A stretch of 64,000 nucleotides of DNA from the human T2T-CHM13v2.0 reference genome, Homo sapiens: assembly GCF_009914755.1 (NCBI RefSeq), contig NC_060930.1. One strand, written 5' to 3'. The notes under the pieces are model-generated. The model was not told where the DNA came from and did not search any database. It saw nothing but the letters and a program-made list of their open reading frames with translations. Below are positions 31,560-50,564 of the stretch, one piece after another (position 1 is the first letter of the stretch; every line of letters starts with the position of its first letter). The position numbers and the translations under genes were made by a program.

Positions 31560-32062
31560 TTTCTATGTTGCCTTCAAATGTATTGGAAACATTTCAGTAC
31601 TACTCCAAATCAAACCCTTTGACCTCACCCTTCCTTTGAGCCATACTGGGACCAGTTTCACCCAGGAGCATACAATCTCTTCCCCATGCAGCACCTTCTT
31701 CTGGACCCTCTGACATTGCTGCATAGATGCCCGTGGCAACCTGCACTGCACTCCCATGTATAAACCAGAAAGCCCAAGGAGTCACACTTGAAAACACTTG
31801 ATCCGGGGGGAGGGCAATAAAGCCTCTGGGTAAATGCTTCTTTTCTTCTTGTTGCATAGCTTTGAGACCTTTCCTCAAGTTTTTCTCAAGACCTTTCCTG
31901 GAGTTTCTGTGGGATGAGGCAGGCAGTTGTCACAGTGGAGGCTAACTCAAAGCACCTTTGTCTTTCCTTATTTCTTGCTCCCTCACTCTTGCTGTGTTCC
32001 TAATAGACTACCTGCATGCTAGCCTCAGCCTCACTTTCCCCAAAAGCAGGGTCTGAAGACAT
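31560..32062 (+). mobile_element. LTR16-like ERVL LTR
   Basis: 'gggatgaggcaggcagttgtcacagtgg...ccctcactcttgct...taatagactacctgca...aagaca'. Confidence 0.55.
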
Positions 32063-32064
32063 GG

Positions 32065-32400
32065 GGTCATCTCAATCATGAACCACTTTATATACCCTCC
32101 TTACCTACATATGCCCTATCTTTACATCTCTATGCAGCCTCTAATTGCTAGTATCTACTTCCACCTGATTGACCCATAAGGAATCTCAAGCTCCAACAGA
32201 ATGAACTTTCTTCCCCTTATCTTGCCCTTATTTTAATAAGTATCACCTGAGCACTTCTGTGGCCCTTGGAGTCACTCTTGAAGTGAGCATTTTTGCTAAT
32301 ATTCCACAGGTCACCTCTTAACCACTTGCCAGTTTTATATATTTCTCCCAACCCCTGGAATCTTACTTTGAATCTTCCTGAGGATATACTGTAAGACCCC
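32065..32400 (+). mobile_element. L2 fragment
   Basis: 'cttccacctgattgacccataaggaatctcaagctccaacagaatgaact' resembles L2 'ggcatctcaaactcaacatgtccaaaactgaact'. Confidence 0.45.
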
Positions 32401-32739
32401 AAAAGTACTGCCCCATCTGATTTTGTTCATCCAATTATTTAGTCTGTTAATTTTCTTATAGAAAGTATTCAAAGCACGATTTTGAATAAATAAACCCCTG
32501 TGTTTAAACAATTCATTAATAAACAGAGTTTTTTGTTTTGGTTTTAAAAAATGGAGTTTTTACTTTTGGAGCCCCTACTTTTGGAATCAGGATCCAAAAA
32601 TTCAACCCCCCCAGTTTCCTTTTACTCAGTTCCTTGAGATTTGGTCATCTGCTCTGTAAACAGTTATAAATAAAAACAAAAATGGATTTTCTATTACAAA
32701 TTTTGTTTCCATGGTATAATAGTCTGTCGTGTTTATCTT

Positions 32740-35910
<3,171 letters not shown>

Positions 35911-35989
35911 TCCCCCATGTTGTTTCTTTTATCTCCTAAGATTCAGATTCATTTCAAAATCTAAATTTTGGCAAGCATAGTTAATAGGA

Positions 35990-38900
35990 GACTATTTCAG
36001 GCCAGGTATCCTAGAATATAGATCCTGAGTCAAAAACACGTTTGCTGACATTTGAACATAGTGAAGAATCCAAACAAAAACAAGAGGCAGCAGTTAAGGA
36101 GGAATAGTAAATAAAAGAAAGGGTATCATGAGTGAGCCATTGCTTCCTAGCAAGCTGATTGCTCAGTCTGCCCAGAAGTCTTTATAGAGGCCAAAGTCAT
36201 CTCCAATAATCCTGAATGAGTCAAAGTTCATCCGCTAGCCACTTTCTCATTGGGAAAGTCTGCCCTGGAGAAGGTTAACTCTCCTGTACATTTGGCAAGC
36301 ATTTAGAGGGTCTCCGAAGACCACACGTCCACAGGGTGGAACATTACTGGGCAATGTCGTGAGGAAACTGGAGGCTTCCCAGGCAAGCCCTGCAGTTCCC
36401 TTGTTCTGTGGTACTAGCTGAAGTAGCAGCTTTTCTCCCAAGGCTGCAGAAAAGGTACAAAATAATATTAGAGCCACCAGAGCCACAACTCAAGGCAGGC
36501 AAATCTAAAACATACCTGAATCCAGAACTGCTATGTGAACTTGTTCAGACACATAGCACCAGGATGACTCTGAGGTCAGAAGACTGATGATCATTCTCTA
36601 GAACCAATCACTCATTTGTGGTACAGAGATTCCACTAAGTCTGCCTTAAGGTTTCTCCACAGGGTTCACAATGCTTATAGTTCATTCAGTGCTTATCTCA
36701 GCCTTCCCTAGGCCTCAGGGTGCCTGGGTTGATATTTACCCCTCAATTCTGAATAGCCCTGGCAGAGGAAGCATGAACCCTAGTCCCTACTTACGTCAGC
36801 TACCTAAGCCACCTACCAGTCATTCCCCTCCCCCCACACTGATCAGGAAGACCAACTGCAGATGGGTCCAGGAATTCTAACTCTGGGCACTGGAGTGAAC
36901 ACATGTGGTAGCATGAATAGGACCACCATTATCAGGTGAGAAAATAGCAATAGGAAACCACAGGCCATACCAACGAATGAGATGAGCTGCAGAATGGACA
37001 AAAATACCAAATACTGACTTCAAAGGAGAAGCAGTAGGTGATTTCACTCAAATTATTTAAAAAGTAGAGCAATAACCTGGCAATCTTGGTGTCCCAGGAG
37101 AGAGGCCACATGAGCAAACAGGAAATCAGGCAAATAAGTGTAAGGACATGGCCAAGGCTGCTGATGGAATGCCTCTTAGGCTTTCCACATGGCTTCAGCT
37201 TCTGCAACCCTGGGATCCATACATCTACTCTCTGGCAACCCAAACTGGCAGACGTGGCTATTTCCACCTATCACCTAGCCTGGGATGTACAAGGTCACTA
37301 GCTTTGTTAGAATCTCCTATGTCTTAGGTATGTTCCTGAGGCTGCCCGTATCCTGTAACTGAGTGAAGCGAGAAACAAGGCTGGTCCTGTGGGCCCAGCA
37401 TGGGACACTGATGAGCAACACTCATACTACGGCTTCCCCATTTCATGTTGATTGAGGCTCTCTGGTCTGCTTCAGTGTTTGACTTTGCTCATCTACCCAA
37501 TCTGAGGATTGTATAAATGTCTTATACCCCAAACTAGATGGGTACCTGCTGCTTTAGGAGGCCCAAAACCTGCAACAAGTCAGTGCTGATAATATATTCT
37601 TTATCGACCACCTATATTAGAAATCATTCACCCTAAACCCTTACTTGTGTGGTCTAGGGTACTTGCAAAGAGGGGTAATTCATACATTCATCCTTAGAGG
37701 CTCTGAGTCCATCTAAGATTACAAACTGGTTATCAGGCCATGGTTACTGACATTACTGATTGTCGCTAGCCATGGGATCACCAAGGGATGTGCAGTGAAT
37801 CCCATAGAAGCCACCTCCTGGCTGTGTTATGGAGCAACTGCCCTTGCTCTCATGATCAATCTTTTACCTGTTGGTCCAAAATGACCTTGTGGCACCCATA
37901 GCTGAGTTTGGAGCTCTTGTGTCTCCCATGGTAGGAAAGTTTCTTTCTGTCCCTTTCCAGTAACAGTCTAGTCTAAAGCATAAAGCTGTGGCAAGGTGAA
38001 ATACATGTTCCAAGTGGTCCCCAAAAGGGATAGAGGGTAGCCCCTCCTGTTTATAGCACCTTAGTCATGGAATACCCTTTTATTGTGCCTATTGTTCACA
38101 GCAAGTAATGGCTATTGGTTCAAGTTAGACATACATTTTTCAAGACAGCTGGTATCAGAGGCACTAAAACTAATTCATCAACTTTGGACAAGAGGTTGTC
38201 AGACCAGCTGCCTCTGAGCTCTGCAGTATACCATAGTAATCTAATCATTTATTGTTCATTGTTCTCTTCCATCATCTACAATGAGCCCATCTGACTTTTG
38301 CAGGGGCTGTACAGGTAAACTGAACAGGGATATTATTGATTGGGACCACTACTTCTGCATCCTTTGAGACTATTAAGGAACATTCATCTCTACCACCCAA
38401 CCCAGTTGTGATATTAATTCTGAGTTACTATCTTGGCCCTATAGCAGTTTTATAGTCTTTGCAACCATTACAACCCTTAGTCTTCAGAAAAGGAAACAAA
38501 TTGAGGGCTTTACTAAGTAGGTCCATTCATTTCAGGCATTCAGAGACCAGTGAAGTGTTCAGAGTAGACCCAGAGACTCACTGGACTAAGACTAACTTGG
38601 GTGAGGACTTTATTCTTACTAAAGTGTATGGGTCAATTAAAGTTTCCCATACCGGCAGCATTTTAGGACTAGTTCCATGTATCCTCTCTAGACCATCAAT
38701 CCCATGAGGGTCCCTATGTTAGGCTATCCACTGTCTAAGCCTTATATTCTGCCTTCCCTGCTCCAGCACCCTCGAGGCTCATTCCTAGGTCTCTCTTCCT
38801 ACTCAGAATAGCCAGGTCCCATAGATCTGTTGGTGAATCATCCCTTCCCCTCCTGTAGCAGGAAGATTGCCCCAATTGAGTCATGCTGTGACTTGCCACC

Positions 38901-39620
38901 ACTGTCCTGAAAGCCCCACAGGGAGATGGGGGCATAGCTCAAGAGGATAATGCATGTGTCTCAGGTGAAGCCTGTATTATCCTTAAGGGGAGAGGAACAG
39001 TAGATTCTGGGGGACTCAAGGATCTAGAGTATCTATCCAGATGTCAATATCACCCTAATCCTTCCACATCAGATCCTGACTTTAGGAGACTTGCCAGGTA
39101 TGAGAATTTAATATTCCTTGTGCCTCTATTTTTCTAGTAATAACTAGGCTCGACTTTCAGCACCATCTGTACTTTGGCTGTAGGTGATGAGAACTCCTTT
39201 AAATGACATCATAGCTTGTAAGTAGCTGGCCTGGGCTTCCATGTTCTCTTTAGTGCTAGTCTGGCAGTTAACCAACTTCTCAGTCCTGATTCATTGCTTC
39301 TCTCCCAAATGCTAGAGAAATTGTACATCCTCTTCCATCTCTGTCATCCTCATTCTCCACAGGGGAGAAATCTCAATCATGATGCTTTAATACAGACATT
39401 CTCAGACTCCGAGCAGTCACCTGGTGTGCCAATAAGACAGAGGCCCAGGCTGGGTAAAGCAACAGTGTCTGATTTATATTTTCACCAAGTTCTTCAGGTG
39501 ATTCTCATATGCACCAAAATTCAAGAACGATCACTACAGTATGCTGGGAGTTATTACTCCATTTGACATCTGCATTGTGGTCTTGCTGCCATAGATAGCT
39601 GATGAGTGAATAATCTGATT
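35990..39620 (-). mobile_element. highly decayed ERVL-class (LTR16/ERV3-16A3-like) LTR and internal sequence
   Basis: Resembles the plus-strand copy at 56.5-60.5 kb and recalled HERV16-type internal sequence; no clean motifs. Confidence 0.45.
39390..39540. mobile_element. MER5-like hAT MITE
   Basis: 'ttctcagact...tcacctgg' and 'caagttcttcaggtgattctcatatgcaccaaaattcaagaacgatcact'. Confidence 0.55.
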
Positions 39621-39779
39621 CCAGAATCTTGTCTACTTGCAGAGACTCCCACTGGCTAGAGATAACCTTGATATTAAAACCTTATGAGGCAAACTTTAAA
39701 TGTTAGATTTAGATAGAGCTCTAAGGTACTGATACCATTAGTGTTTACTGTATTTCTCCATTACTGGAATATTCAAACC

Positions 39780-40460
39780 CATTAAAATAAAATGGGACAA
39801 AAATGTAATCAAAGGAGGCAGGCGGGGGGAGAAAATGTAGACCATGTGGAATTAAGTCTTAAATCCAAGTATCAGTAACAACTTCAAACATAAAGGGCTA
39901 GTTAAGATACTGTCAGGCTTCAGAAAATCTAGTTATCTAAGATATCCAAAACATGACAAGTTGGAAAACAAAACCAAAAAACAGTATAGCTATATTAACA
40001 TGTCAGGTGACATACAGAGGCAGAAAATTAGAGATAGTTCCCTCAAAATGATAAATTGTTCAGTTTGGATACATGTAATATCTTGATCAAGATATACAAA
40101 CCAAAATGTGTAGCTTAAGGTGAAAAATTCTTAAACATACTGGGTCACTAATATACTTTCCTCTAAGGTGGATACTGAAGATTTGAAGACCATAATGAAT
40201 AAATATGGACAAATACATAGAACACTGTACTTGGTAAATGCACACCACGTTCTGTTCAAGTAAATGTGGAGCTTTTGCCAAAATAAAAGGTCAGGTAGAA
40301 ATAAAACTTCAAGAGATAAGTTATACAAAGTGAACTCTGATTAAATGCAAATAGTCTAGAAATGCAAGTAATTAAAAAATCATCCTATACTTGGGAATTA
40401 AGAGTCCCACTTACAAAGTAATCCATAGGTCAAAAAGAAACTTAGTGAAAGAAAATGTTT
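39780..40460 (+). mobile_element. old L1M ORF2 (endonuclease) fragment
   Basis: A-rich decayed L1 sequence, e.g. 'aaatccaagtatcagtaacaacttcaaacataaaggg', 'atccataggtcaaaaagaaa'. Confidence 0.55.
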
Positions 40461-40501
40461 TGGGGTGAGGTATTGCTTCTGTTTAGAAAGTAGTCTGTAG
40501 A

Positions 40502-42930
<2,429 letters not shown>

Positions 42931-42958
42931 TTCTCCTATCTTGTCTATTTTACATTTG

Positions 42959-43470
42959 GGTGAAGAAAGCCAAACTATTTCCAAAATATGCCTTTGACAA
43001 ATTGTTTCAGCTAAAGGCAATTAAGACATGGGGAACTTTGTCCTGCTTTTAGGACAAGGTGGCAGGCAGAGATATATAGAGTCAGAAGGTCTTTCTATCC
43101 TTTCCCGTCATCCCCACCTGAAGATAGGCTGGAAGTCTCCATTTACTGCAGACATTCCTCATCAGCTCACACTTTGCCAGCAAGATTTGAAAACACACTA
43201 TTCCTTCCCAGTTTTCCTGCTTTTGGGGAGCCTGGCACTGCTTCTTACTCATCTTGCCACTCCTAAAATTTATTGTTCATGGAAGATTTTAATCAGCCAG
43301 GACTCTTAGCCACCACTTTTTAGTCATTTTTCAACTGAGGTTTCTACCATGTGATATATACTGCACATGTTAAACTTGCTTCTCTTGTTAATCTGTCTTG
43401 TTACACACGTTTGTCCCAGTCACAAACTTATGAGGGTAAAGAAAAAAAATTATGCTTTTTCTCCTTAAGG
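42959..43470 (+). mobile_element. MER34-like (MER4-group) solo LTR
   Basis: 'ccaaaatatgcctttgac...ttcagctaaaggcaattaag' start and 'tctcttgttaatctgtctt...gagggtaaag' end. Confidence 0.6.
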
Positions 43471-43832
43471 GGAGAAGTAGAAGAAATATTTTATGTAAAA
43501 AGCATACCTTTAAAGAGTATTTTTACTATATTAAACTTAAGAATTTCTCAGAAATCAGAGGGAAAAATTGTGAATGGTGGAAAGCATTTGTACCATCCAT
43601 GTAAATAGTGACTAGTCTTTAGATATGAACATCCATAAATAAAGAACAACCCAATAGGTAAGTTGTAAACAGACTTTACATAATAGAAAACAAGTAAGTG
43701 TGAAGGTCACCACGTGAAAGTTATAGTGCCAGGACAAAGTCATAGACACAGAGCACAGCACTAGGAAGGCACTAGGGAGAGGCGGCTCATGCTCACATCT
43801 GAGAGAAGGGCTTTTTAAGAATCACACCGCTA

Positions 43833-44450
43833 AGAACTCTCCCAGCTTGTCAAGAGAATCTTGACAGAATGGAAAGCTATGCCTACTTTTGATCATTTAG
43901 TTTGGCAAACCAGCTTGATGCACCCTCGAGAACACTATGAATTTGTGATTTTCTTTTTAGTAATCTCCAATTTTAGCAGATGGAGGCTCCTGGACAACAC
44001 TGGGAGACCTCCTGGAATGTGCCACTGTGAGAGGCCAGGCCACCGAAAAATTGCCAGAGAAGAATCTTTCTACCCATCTCACCCCCCTCCTCCACCTGGG
44101 ACCACTCTCAAGGGGCTCCAAGGATTTACAGTATGGGTTGGGCTGGGTTGTGGGATGGGTCTTCCCAGTTTTCACTTAGTCATCTGGGTGAAACTACCCT
44201 TCAAATCGGGAACCAAAGTCTTAACTGTTCACATAGTCACTGGAACGTCACTATCAGTCCTTACCACCCCTGCCTTAATCAGCCCCTGCCTCTGAGTAGT
44301 AAGAATCAAGTGATAGTTTAACAAGCCTTTGTCTGCTTTTGTCTCACATCTCATTTCTTTCCTTCTTGGCCCTTTCAAAAATATCCACCCCTTTTTTTGC
44401 TTAGTTCTTCTCAGTCTACTTCCTTGGACATTATTTTCTAGAAACATTTT
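43833..44450 (+). pseudogene. gag C-terminus and protease remnant
   Basis: 'GMCHCERPGHRK' (decayed zinc knuckle); 'VHIVTGTSLSVL' (decayed DTG protease motif). Confidence 0.65.
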
Positions 44451-44599
44451 TCCCCCCAAAAGGGGGATTTTAGAATTGTGTAATTTTAGAATTACACAAG
44501 ATGCACTGACTCAACCGTGGAGTCTATCAACTCCAAGTTTCCTCTCTTGTTATGTCATTGCTTGTTCAGAAGAGGACTAATAAATGCAACTCCTTCACT

Positions 44600-47550
44600 G
44601 CTGAATCAAATCTCTCTTGATGGGCAAAATCATGCACTGATGCTGGCATTAACTCAGATTGGTCAAAACGTTTGTATAATATTTGACAATACCCACTAAA
44701 TTGGATGGCATTATAGAGTATTAAGCCTATTATAGAAGTATAAAAGAAACAAGGCCTTATTTTATATACTAGTTCTTATAATATCACAATTCTACCTATT
44801 AAAGAGACCAAACCACCATCGGTAGAGATTTGTTCAGGACCTCTAAGCAATAAGGCATATCATTATGCTAAGGCATCCAGTGGTTCCAAGTATCATACAT
44901 TAATTAGACTCAATATTCATTGGTAGCAGGTTTTCTAGTCAATCTGTAGTGCATTCCTCACTATTCCAGTGGATCAGGCCAGCCAGCATTCCTTTTCTCT
45001 TTATCTGAGAAAGCTAATCACCTGGATAGTAATTACCCAGGATTTTACTGAAAACCCTATTTTCCTCAAATAGAAAGAAAAGGCAGACTTGGAGGTTGTA
45101 GCTTTTTTCCCCAAGGCTCCATTTTACTACAATATGTAGATGACCTTCTTTGTCCTCTCCCACAGGTATCCTGTGAAAAAAAGACAGTATACATCCATTA
45201 AAGCAGCCGGATGTTCAAGGTCAAAATTTCTAAAGAAAAACTACAGCTAGTAAAGACTCAAGTGAAATATTTGGGCTATTTAACTTGAGACAATGGCCTG
45301 TATTTTAGACCCAAGAACAGACTCAAGACATTTTGCAATTACCTGAGCCAAAAACCAAACACCAATTCCATGGATTTTTGTGCTTTCTGGTTGCTGTGGT
45401 TGTTGGATTCCTAACGTTTCACTTCTGGTCTGGTAAGTTACCAAGCCTGACTCCTTTATTTAGGCAGAATCTAAACAGCAAATTCTTAAAGGGGAAATTG
45501 ATAAATCTTCCAGCTATAGGTCATAATCAAGTATTCTTTGTATATGAAAAGGAAGGAAACACTTTGGGAGTCTTAATCTAAAAGCATGGAGGCCCACACT
45601 CTTCTCTACAATACGGTAGTCAACCATGTTAGCTGAGGCAACTGAGAGTCATGGGATTCCTCATGCCATGGAAGCTTAACTCACTCAGCATCTTCCTGCC
45701 AGCCAACTTACTTTATAAGCCACTATTTCACACTATAATACCTTAACCCTGTGACTCTCCTGACCTTGCCTTTAGAGGGACCACCACAGGACTGCTTAAC
45801 TGACAGACCAGCTTTTAACCCCTCAGCAGGATCTACGAGAAAGTCCCCAGGACAAGGCTGAGTTGTCCTGGTTAACAGATGGCTCATATTTTAAAGTGAC
45901 TCTGGTACATACTCTGCAGGCTCTGCTGTCACTACTTTGAGATGGTGGAAGAACTCCTTTGCCCTTAGCCACTTCAGCTCAGCAGGCAGAGCGGTTTGTC
46001 CTCACTCAAGTCTGTCTCCTTGCTAAGGGAAAAACCTGGTATTTGTATACACAGTAGGTGTGCCTCGACTTCCTCAGGACTTTGGAATGTCGGAGGCAAA
46101 AGGGTTTCCCTTACTTAAAATGGAGACCAAATAATTGGCTGTATGTACAAGAATTAGATGCAAAACAACTTGAGTAGCCTTTAATTCTGTGTTGTGAATG
46201 GCCTTGAGAACTCTTCCAGCTTGTCGAGAGAATCCATATAGAATGGAAAACTGTGCCTACTTCTGATCTGTTCTAGCCATTATCAGAGTTAAGCCATTTG
46301 AAGCTGCATTCTGTGGAAGCTAGAGAAAAATCACCTTGCTGATAACACAGCGAAGAATGCTGCACTTAAAGGTCCTACTGATCAAATCTGTTGGCCCAGC
46401 TAGAAAGGTTCCCAAAAGATGATCATAGAATTACTAAGGATGCACAGAACTGAGCACAGGCCAAAATACAAAACTGAACAAAATAATGGCTGTTGGTTTG
46501 ATAAAGAACTCTGGTTTGGACCAAGTGAAAAGCCCATCCTGCTAGACTTCATGAAATTCCTGTTATCAACATTATACACGATTTAAGTCATTCGGCTACA
46601 GAAAAGGCAATTACTTTTGTGAAATACTGGTGGGGTAACATCAATAAAGTGGCCAAAAATGATTACTTAGCCTGCCACACCTCTCCTAAATTCAATCCCG
46701 GAAAGCCACTGCACATAGCCTCTGGCAGTTTTGACCTCCGTGATGTGGCATTTGAGGTTTGGCAGATAATCATCAAGCTATCCTCCTTCACATGGATGTT
46801 AGTTTTGATATGTATATTCTCTCATTGGATTGAAGCCTTCTCTTGCAGAAGGGCCACCTCCTCCAGCAGTGGCTACAGTTCTACTAGAAAAGAATCCCTG
46901 AGATCCCTCAACCAGCTCCAGAGCTACCAAGGAACTTGTTTTTATAGGACAAGCTATAAAACAAGTATGCACTATCTGACCAGTTGGGTAGCACTTTCAT
47001 TGTGTTTATCATCCAATCCTCTGGACTAACTGCACAAATAGTGCTTTTAAGATCCAACTGACAGTTTGTGGAAACCTTATACTTTTCCCCTGGCCAAAAG
47101 CCCTACCTATAGTGCTTCTGAGCTTAAGGGCAACTCTTTGGGTTACATAAGCTCTCACCATTTTGGATAATTACTGGATACCCATGCATCTGGCCCTGAG
47201 TTCTTTTGGCCCAAAATTTAGAAGATGAAATGCTTCAATATTGTAACGGTATAATCAAAGCTATGGATAACAGTTACATTCTGGTAGAATAATCTTTCCA
47301 TCGAGTGCTCCTGGGAGGCAAAGACCTAAAACATAACCAGGAAATTTTTGCCTACTAGAAAAGACACCTACAAAGATTCTCTCCAACCTTGCTGGAAAGG
47401 TCCATTTCAGATCCTGTTAACCAACTCCTGTGCTGCTAGGCTTAGAATAATTGACTCCTGGATGCATGGGTCTTATCTAAAAACTGACTCCTGAGTACCT
47501 CTACTCGTATCAGTGAATTAAAGCTAAAGGTTTCTAGGATTTAAAGCAGA
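44600..47550 (+). pseudogene. ERV pol remnant
   Basis: LLQYVDDLL at 45124-45150; WLTDGSY (RNase H) at 45869-45889; integrase 'KYWWGNINKVAKNDYLACHT', 'FSHWIEAFSCRRAT'. Confidence 0.9.
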
Positions 47551-47599
47551 TAGCATCTGAGGAGATGACATCCCCCTCACCAAGGAGTGCAAAACCAGG

Positions 47600-48780
47600 C
47601 CTATATGTCCTTTCCTCATTTCTGATTCTCTATTTCTCCTTTTCCATGAAAAAACAACGCTCTTACCTGCATTTCCCAGTCTGTTGCAGTAGGGAGAAGC
47701 CTTAGTGATTGTTGGCTCGGTAAAACTTGATACAGGTTTTTTTTGACTAACGTCCCAGGTCCAACTACCTGTACAAGTTATAGCCCTGGATCCTTATAGG
47801 TTAAACTTTCTCATCTACCTTCAACTCTTGTCCAATTCCTTACCTACTCAAAAAGATGGTTTCTTAGTTGGACCTGAGAAACGTGCAATGAGTTATCCCT
47901 CTTAAAACATTCCTTAAGTCTTTAACATAGGCAAGAAATTATTGGGGCCAATTTTGCGAGGAAGGCCATTAGCAATATGTAGTAATACAACTGACCCCTG
48001 GTTTAATTCTACCATGTATAGAAAATTCAGATTGAAGGAATGTCTATGCTCCTATCAGATATATTTAACATTCATGGGTAGGATATTAACATGGGCCTCC
48101 AGATGTTTAGATATTTGGATAACAGGAGGCCATGTGAGTTGGGATTATTTGACTGCTATCAGTACATGAGATCTGAAACTCATCATTAGAATAATCACTG
48201 GACAAGCCTCCTCTCTCACTTCAGAGAACTGAGAGTTACGTTGTAGGTCACAAGACTTAGCTTCTTTTGGCAGATCTTTTGTACCACGGTATGGTGTAAC
48301 TGCTAATAAGTGACAAATTTGTCTGCTACTCTATTAAAAGCCATATTCATTAGCTTTTCTTGCCCAGGTGGTTTTAGATAAAATTGCTTGATTATCTATT
48401 AGCTGAACAAGGTGATTGTCTGTGTTATTGCCGATGTCTGTGTTATTGCTAATACCGCATGCTGGTACCTGGGTAAACTCCACTAGCGAAGCTGAGGCTA
48501 ACATGAAGTGAGAACAAACTACCTGGCTACAAGTCTCACCCAGGTCCCCATGGTCATTTGATCTGTTCAATTGGTTGCCTTTTAAGTCTAGGTTCATGGC
48601 TTAAAGCCATATAAACTGGAATTGTCATATTGCTGTTATTTTTGCTTTGTATTTCCCCTTATAAGCTATGTACCTGTTATCTCTCAGGTGTTTATAGAAA
48701 TACAACTCCTGACAAAATATTGGCCCAGTGCCTTAAGATAATAGCCAATGCCTATGGTACAAAGTAAAAATTTAAACAAT
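47600..48780 (+). pseudogene. ERV env remnant
   Basis: TM 'LAQVVLDKIA..DYLLAEQG..VCVIANTAC' at 48360-48465; frameshifted. Confidence 0.8.
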
Positions 48781-49715
48781 GAAATTCAGACAAAGTAAAC
48801 CTGAGAGCAACTGGCCTCCTTGTTTCTCGAATCTGTCTAAAACACATCACTGACTTTCAGCTGTTTGTCCCCTCTAGCATGGGACTAGACCAACTTGGAA
48901 AGGTCCTTCCCAATGCTGAGGGACACTTACAACCTGACTAAAGCTAGCTTATCAACAATGCTTTTGGAGAAAGAACTTGATCAAAGGGAGAAATATGAAA
49001 GTCTCAGATACAAGTATCAAACTACTTTTATCAGACGCAGAAAGAGAGAGAACTGGGAAGGAACAAAGGAGAAAGGCTCAGGTTTAACATGTCTGAGATA
49101 AGAACCTGTTTCCAAGTGCTTTCTAAAAACCCCACAAGAAACCCTTTTGCATCCTTCACACATCTCCTTTGATTAGGTTTATTACTAGATATTCTTTAGG
49201 ACTGCAATAATTCAGATGAAATATTTGAAGAACACTTGCGTCTCCACTGATAAACTGACAACTCTGGCTCTGAACCTCTGGAACCAATGACCTCTGTTTC
49301 TAAGCAGCTTATGTACGTCTTTTTGCTAATAAGTGCTTCTCTACCCTTTCCCTCACTAAATTCACTAGTGGCTTGCCATTCCATGCCTTCCAGATTGTAA
49401 TATCCTTGTTTCTCATTCTCAAATAAACACATTCTCTAGTGTTTAGAGTGAAAGTCAATACTATAATAATCATCAAGAAAGAAATTAAAGGTTACAGAAG
49501 CAACAGATTGGCAACAGTTAAAGGTAGAGAATATCTGGCTCTATCAGTTTGGCTCCTTGCAGGAAACAAATGGTTCATTCAGGTTAGGAGAGTGTGAAGA
49601 GGGTTTATTTACAGAGATTCTTCAGTTGTGTTAGTGTGAAGGGAAAGCACATTGGTTAGCACAGCAAGCAAGGGAGAAGCTGTTATCTACCCCAAAGGGA
49701 CAAGAGGAAGGAGCA

Positions 49716-50084
49716 TGTATTAGTTCATTTTCATGTTTCTGATAAAGACATACCCAAGACTGGGCAATTTACAAGAGAAAAAGGTTTAATGGACTTACAG
49801 TTCCACATGGCTGGGGAGGACTCAATCACAGCAGGAAGCAAAAAGGAACAAGTCACATCTTATATGGATGGCAGGAGGCAAGGAGAGCAAGTTTGTGCAG
49901 GGAAACTCCTGTTTTTAAAACCATCAGATCTCATAAGACTTATTCACTATTAGGAGAACAGCACAGGAAAAACCTGCCCCTATGATTCAATTACCTCCCA
50001 CCAGGTTCCTTCTATACCACGTGGGAATAGTGGGAGTTACAATTCAAGATGAGATTTGGGTGGGGACACAGCCAAACGGTATCA
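49716..50084 (-). mobile_element. THE1B/C-like solo LTR
   Basis: 'tgtattagttcattttcatg...gggtggggacacagccaaacggtatca'; TSD 'gagca' at 49711-49715 and 50085-50089. Confidence 0.92.
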
Positions 50085-50111
50085 GAGCAGTTACCCTCCC
50101 CCTTCAGAGCT

Positions 50112-50564
50112 TGAGGCAGAAGACGGTCTGGAGACAAGGAGTCTAAGGCCAATCTAAGGGTGACTTCTTGGAAGTTATTCAGAAGAGAAACCACACCCCT
50201 CCACACCCAAATGCTAAGGGGGCCAAAGACCCTTCCCTCTACAAAACTCCCTTTTCTCTTATGTCACAAAGGTGAAACGCCTCTGATTGGCCATGGGACA
50301 AGACATCACTCACATAGGGTATAACCAATTGGAGGCCTCTAATGAGTACCTAGAAGGGTTACCAAATTCCTTTAGTTTAATAAAAACTAAGGTACATTAC
50401 AATCAGGGCTCTCAGGCTGCTTGCTTGAGCCCACTCCCACTCTAGAATGTACTTTTGCATCAATGAATTTACACTTTCTTCTGTTGGTTTGTGTTTGCCC
50501 AATTCTTTGTTCAATGCGCCAATAACCTGGATGATTCATAGTCAAGATTCTCCATCTGGTAACA
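50112..50564 (+). mobile_element. MER51-like solo LTR
   Basis: 'tgaggcagaagacggtctggagacaaggagtctaaggcc...ctggtaaca'; near-TSD agct/atct. Confidence 0.75.

Larger units (their letters stand above)
43699..49460 (+). mobile_element. decayed class I ERV (MER4-group, MER65-like LTR) with deleted leader and 5' gag
   Basis: Partial 5' LTR at 43699-43830 resembling the 3' LTR start; gag end, pro, pol, env; PPT 'aaagggagaaa' at 48983-48993; 3' LTR 48994-49460. Confidence 0.85.

Noticed and set aside
43861-48780. Second provirus as a coding-competent or co-opted ERV (intact YVDD)
   Set aside because: All genes are broken by many stops and frameshifts; the longest ORFs are under 150 aa.
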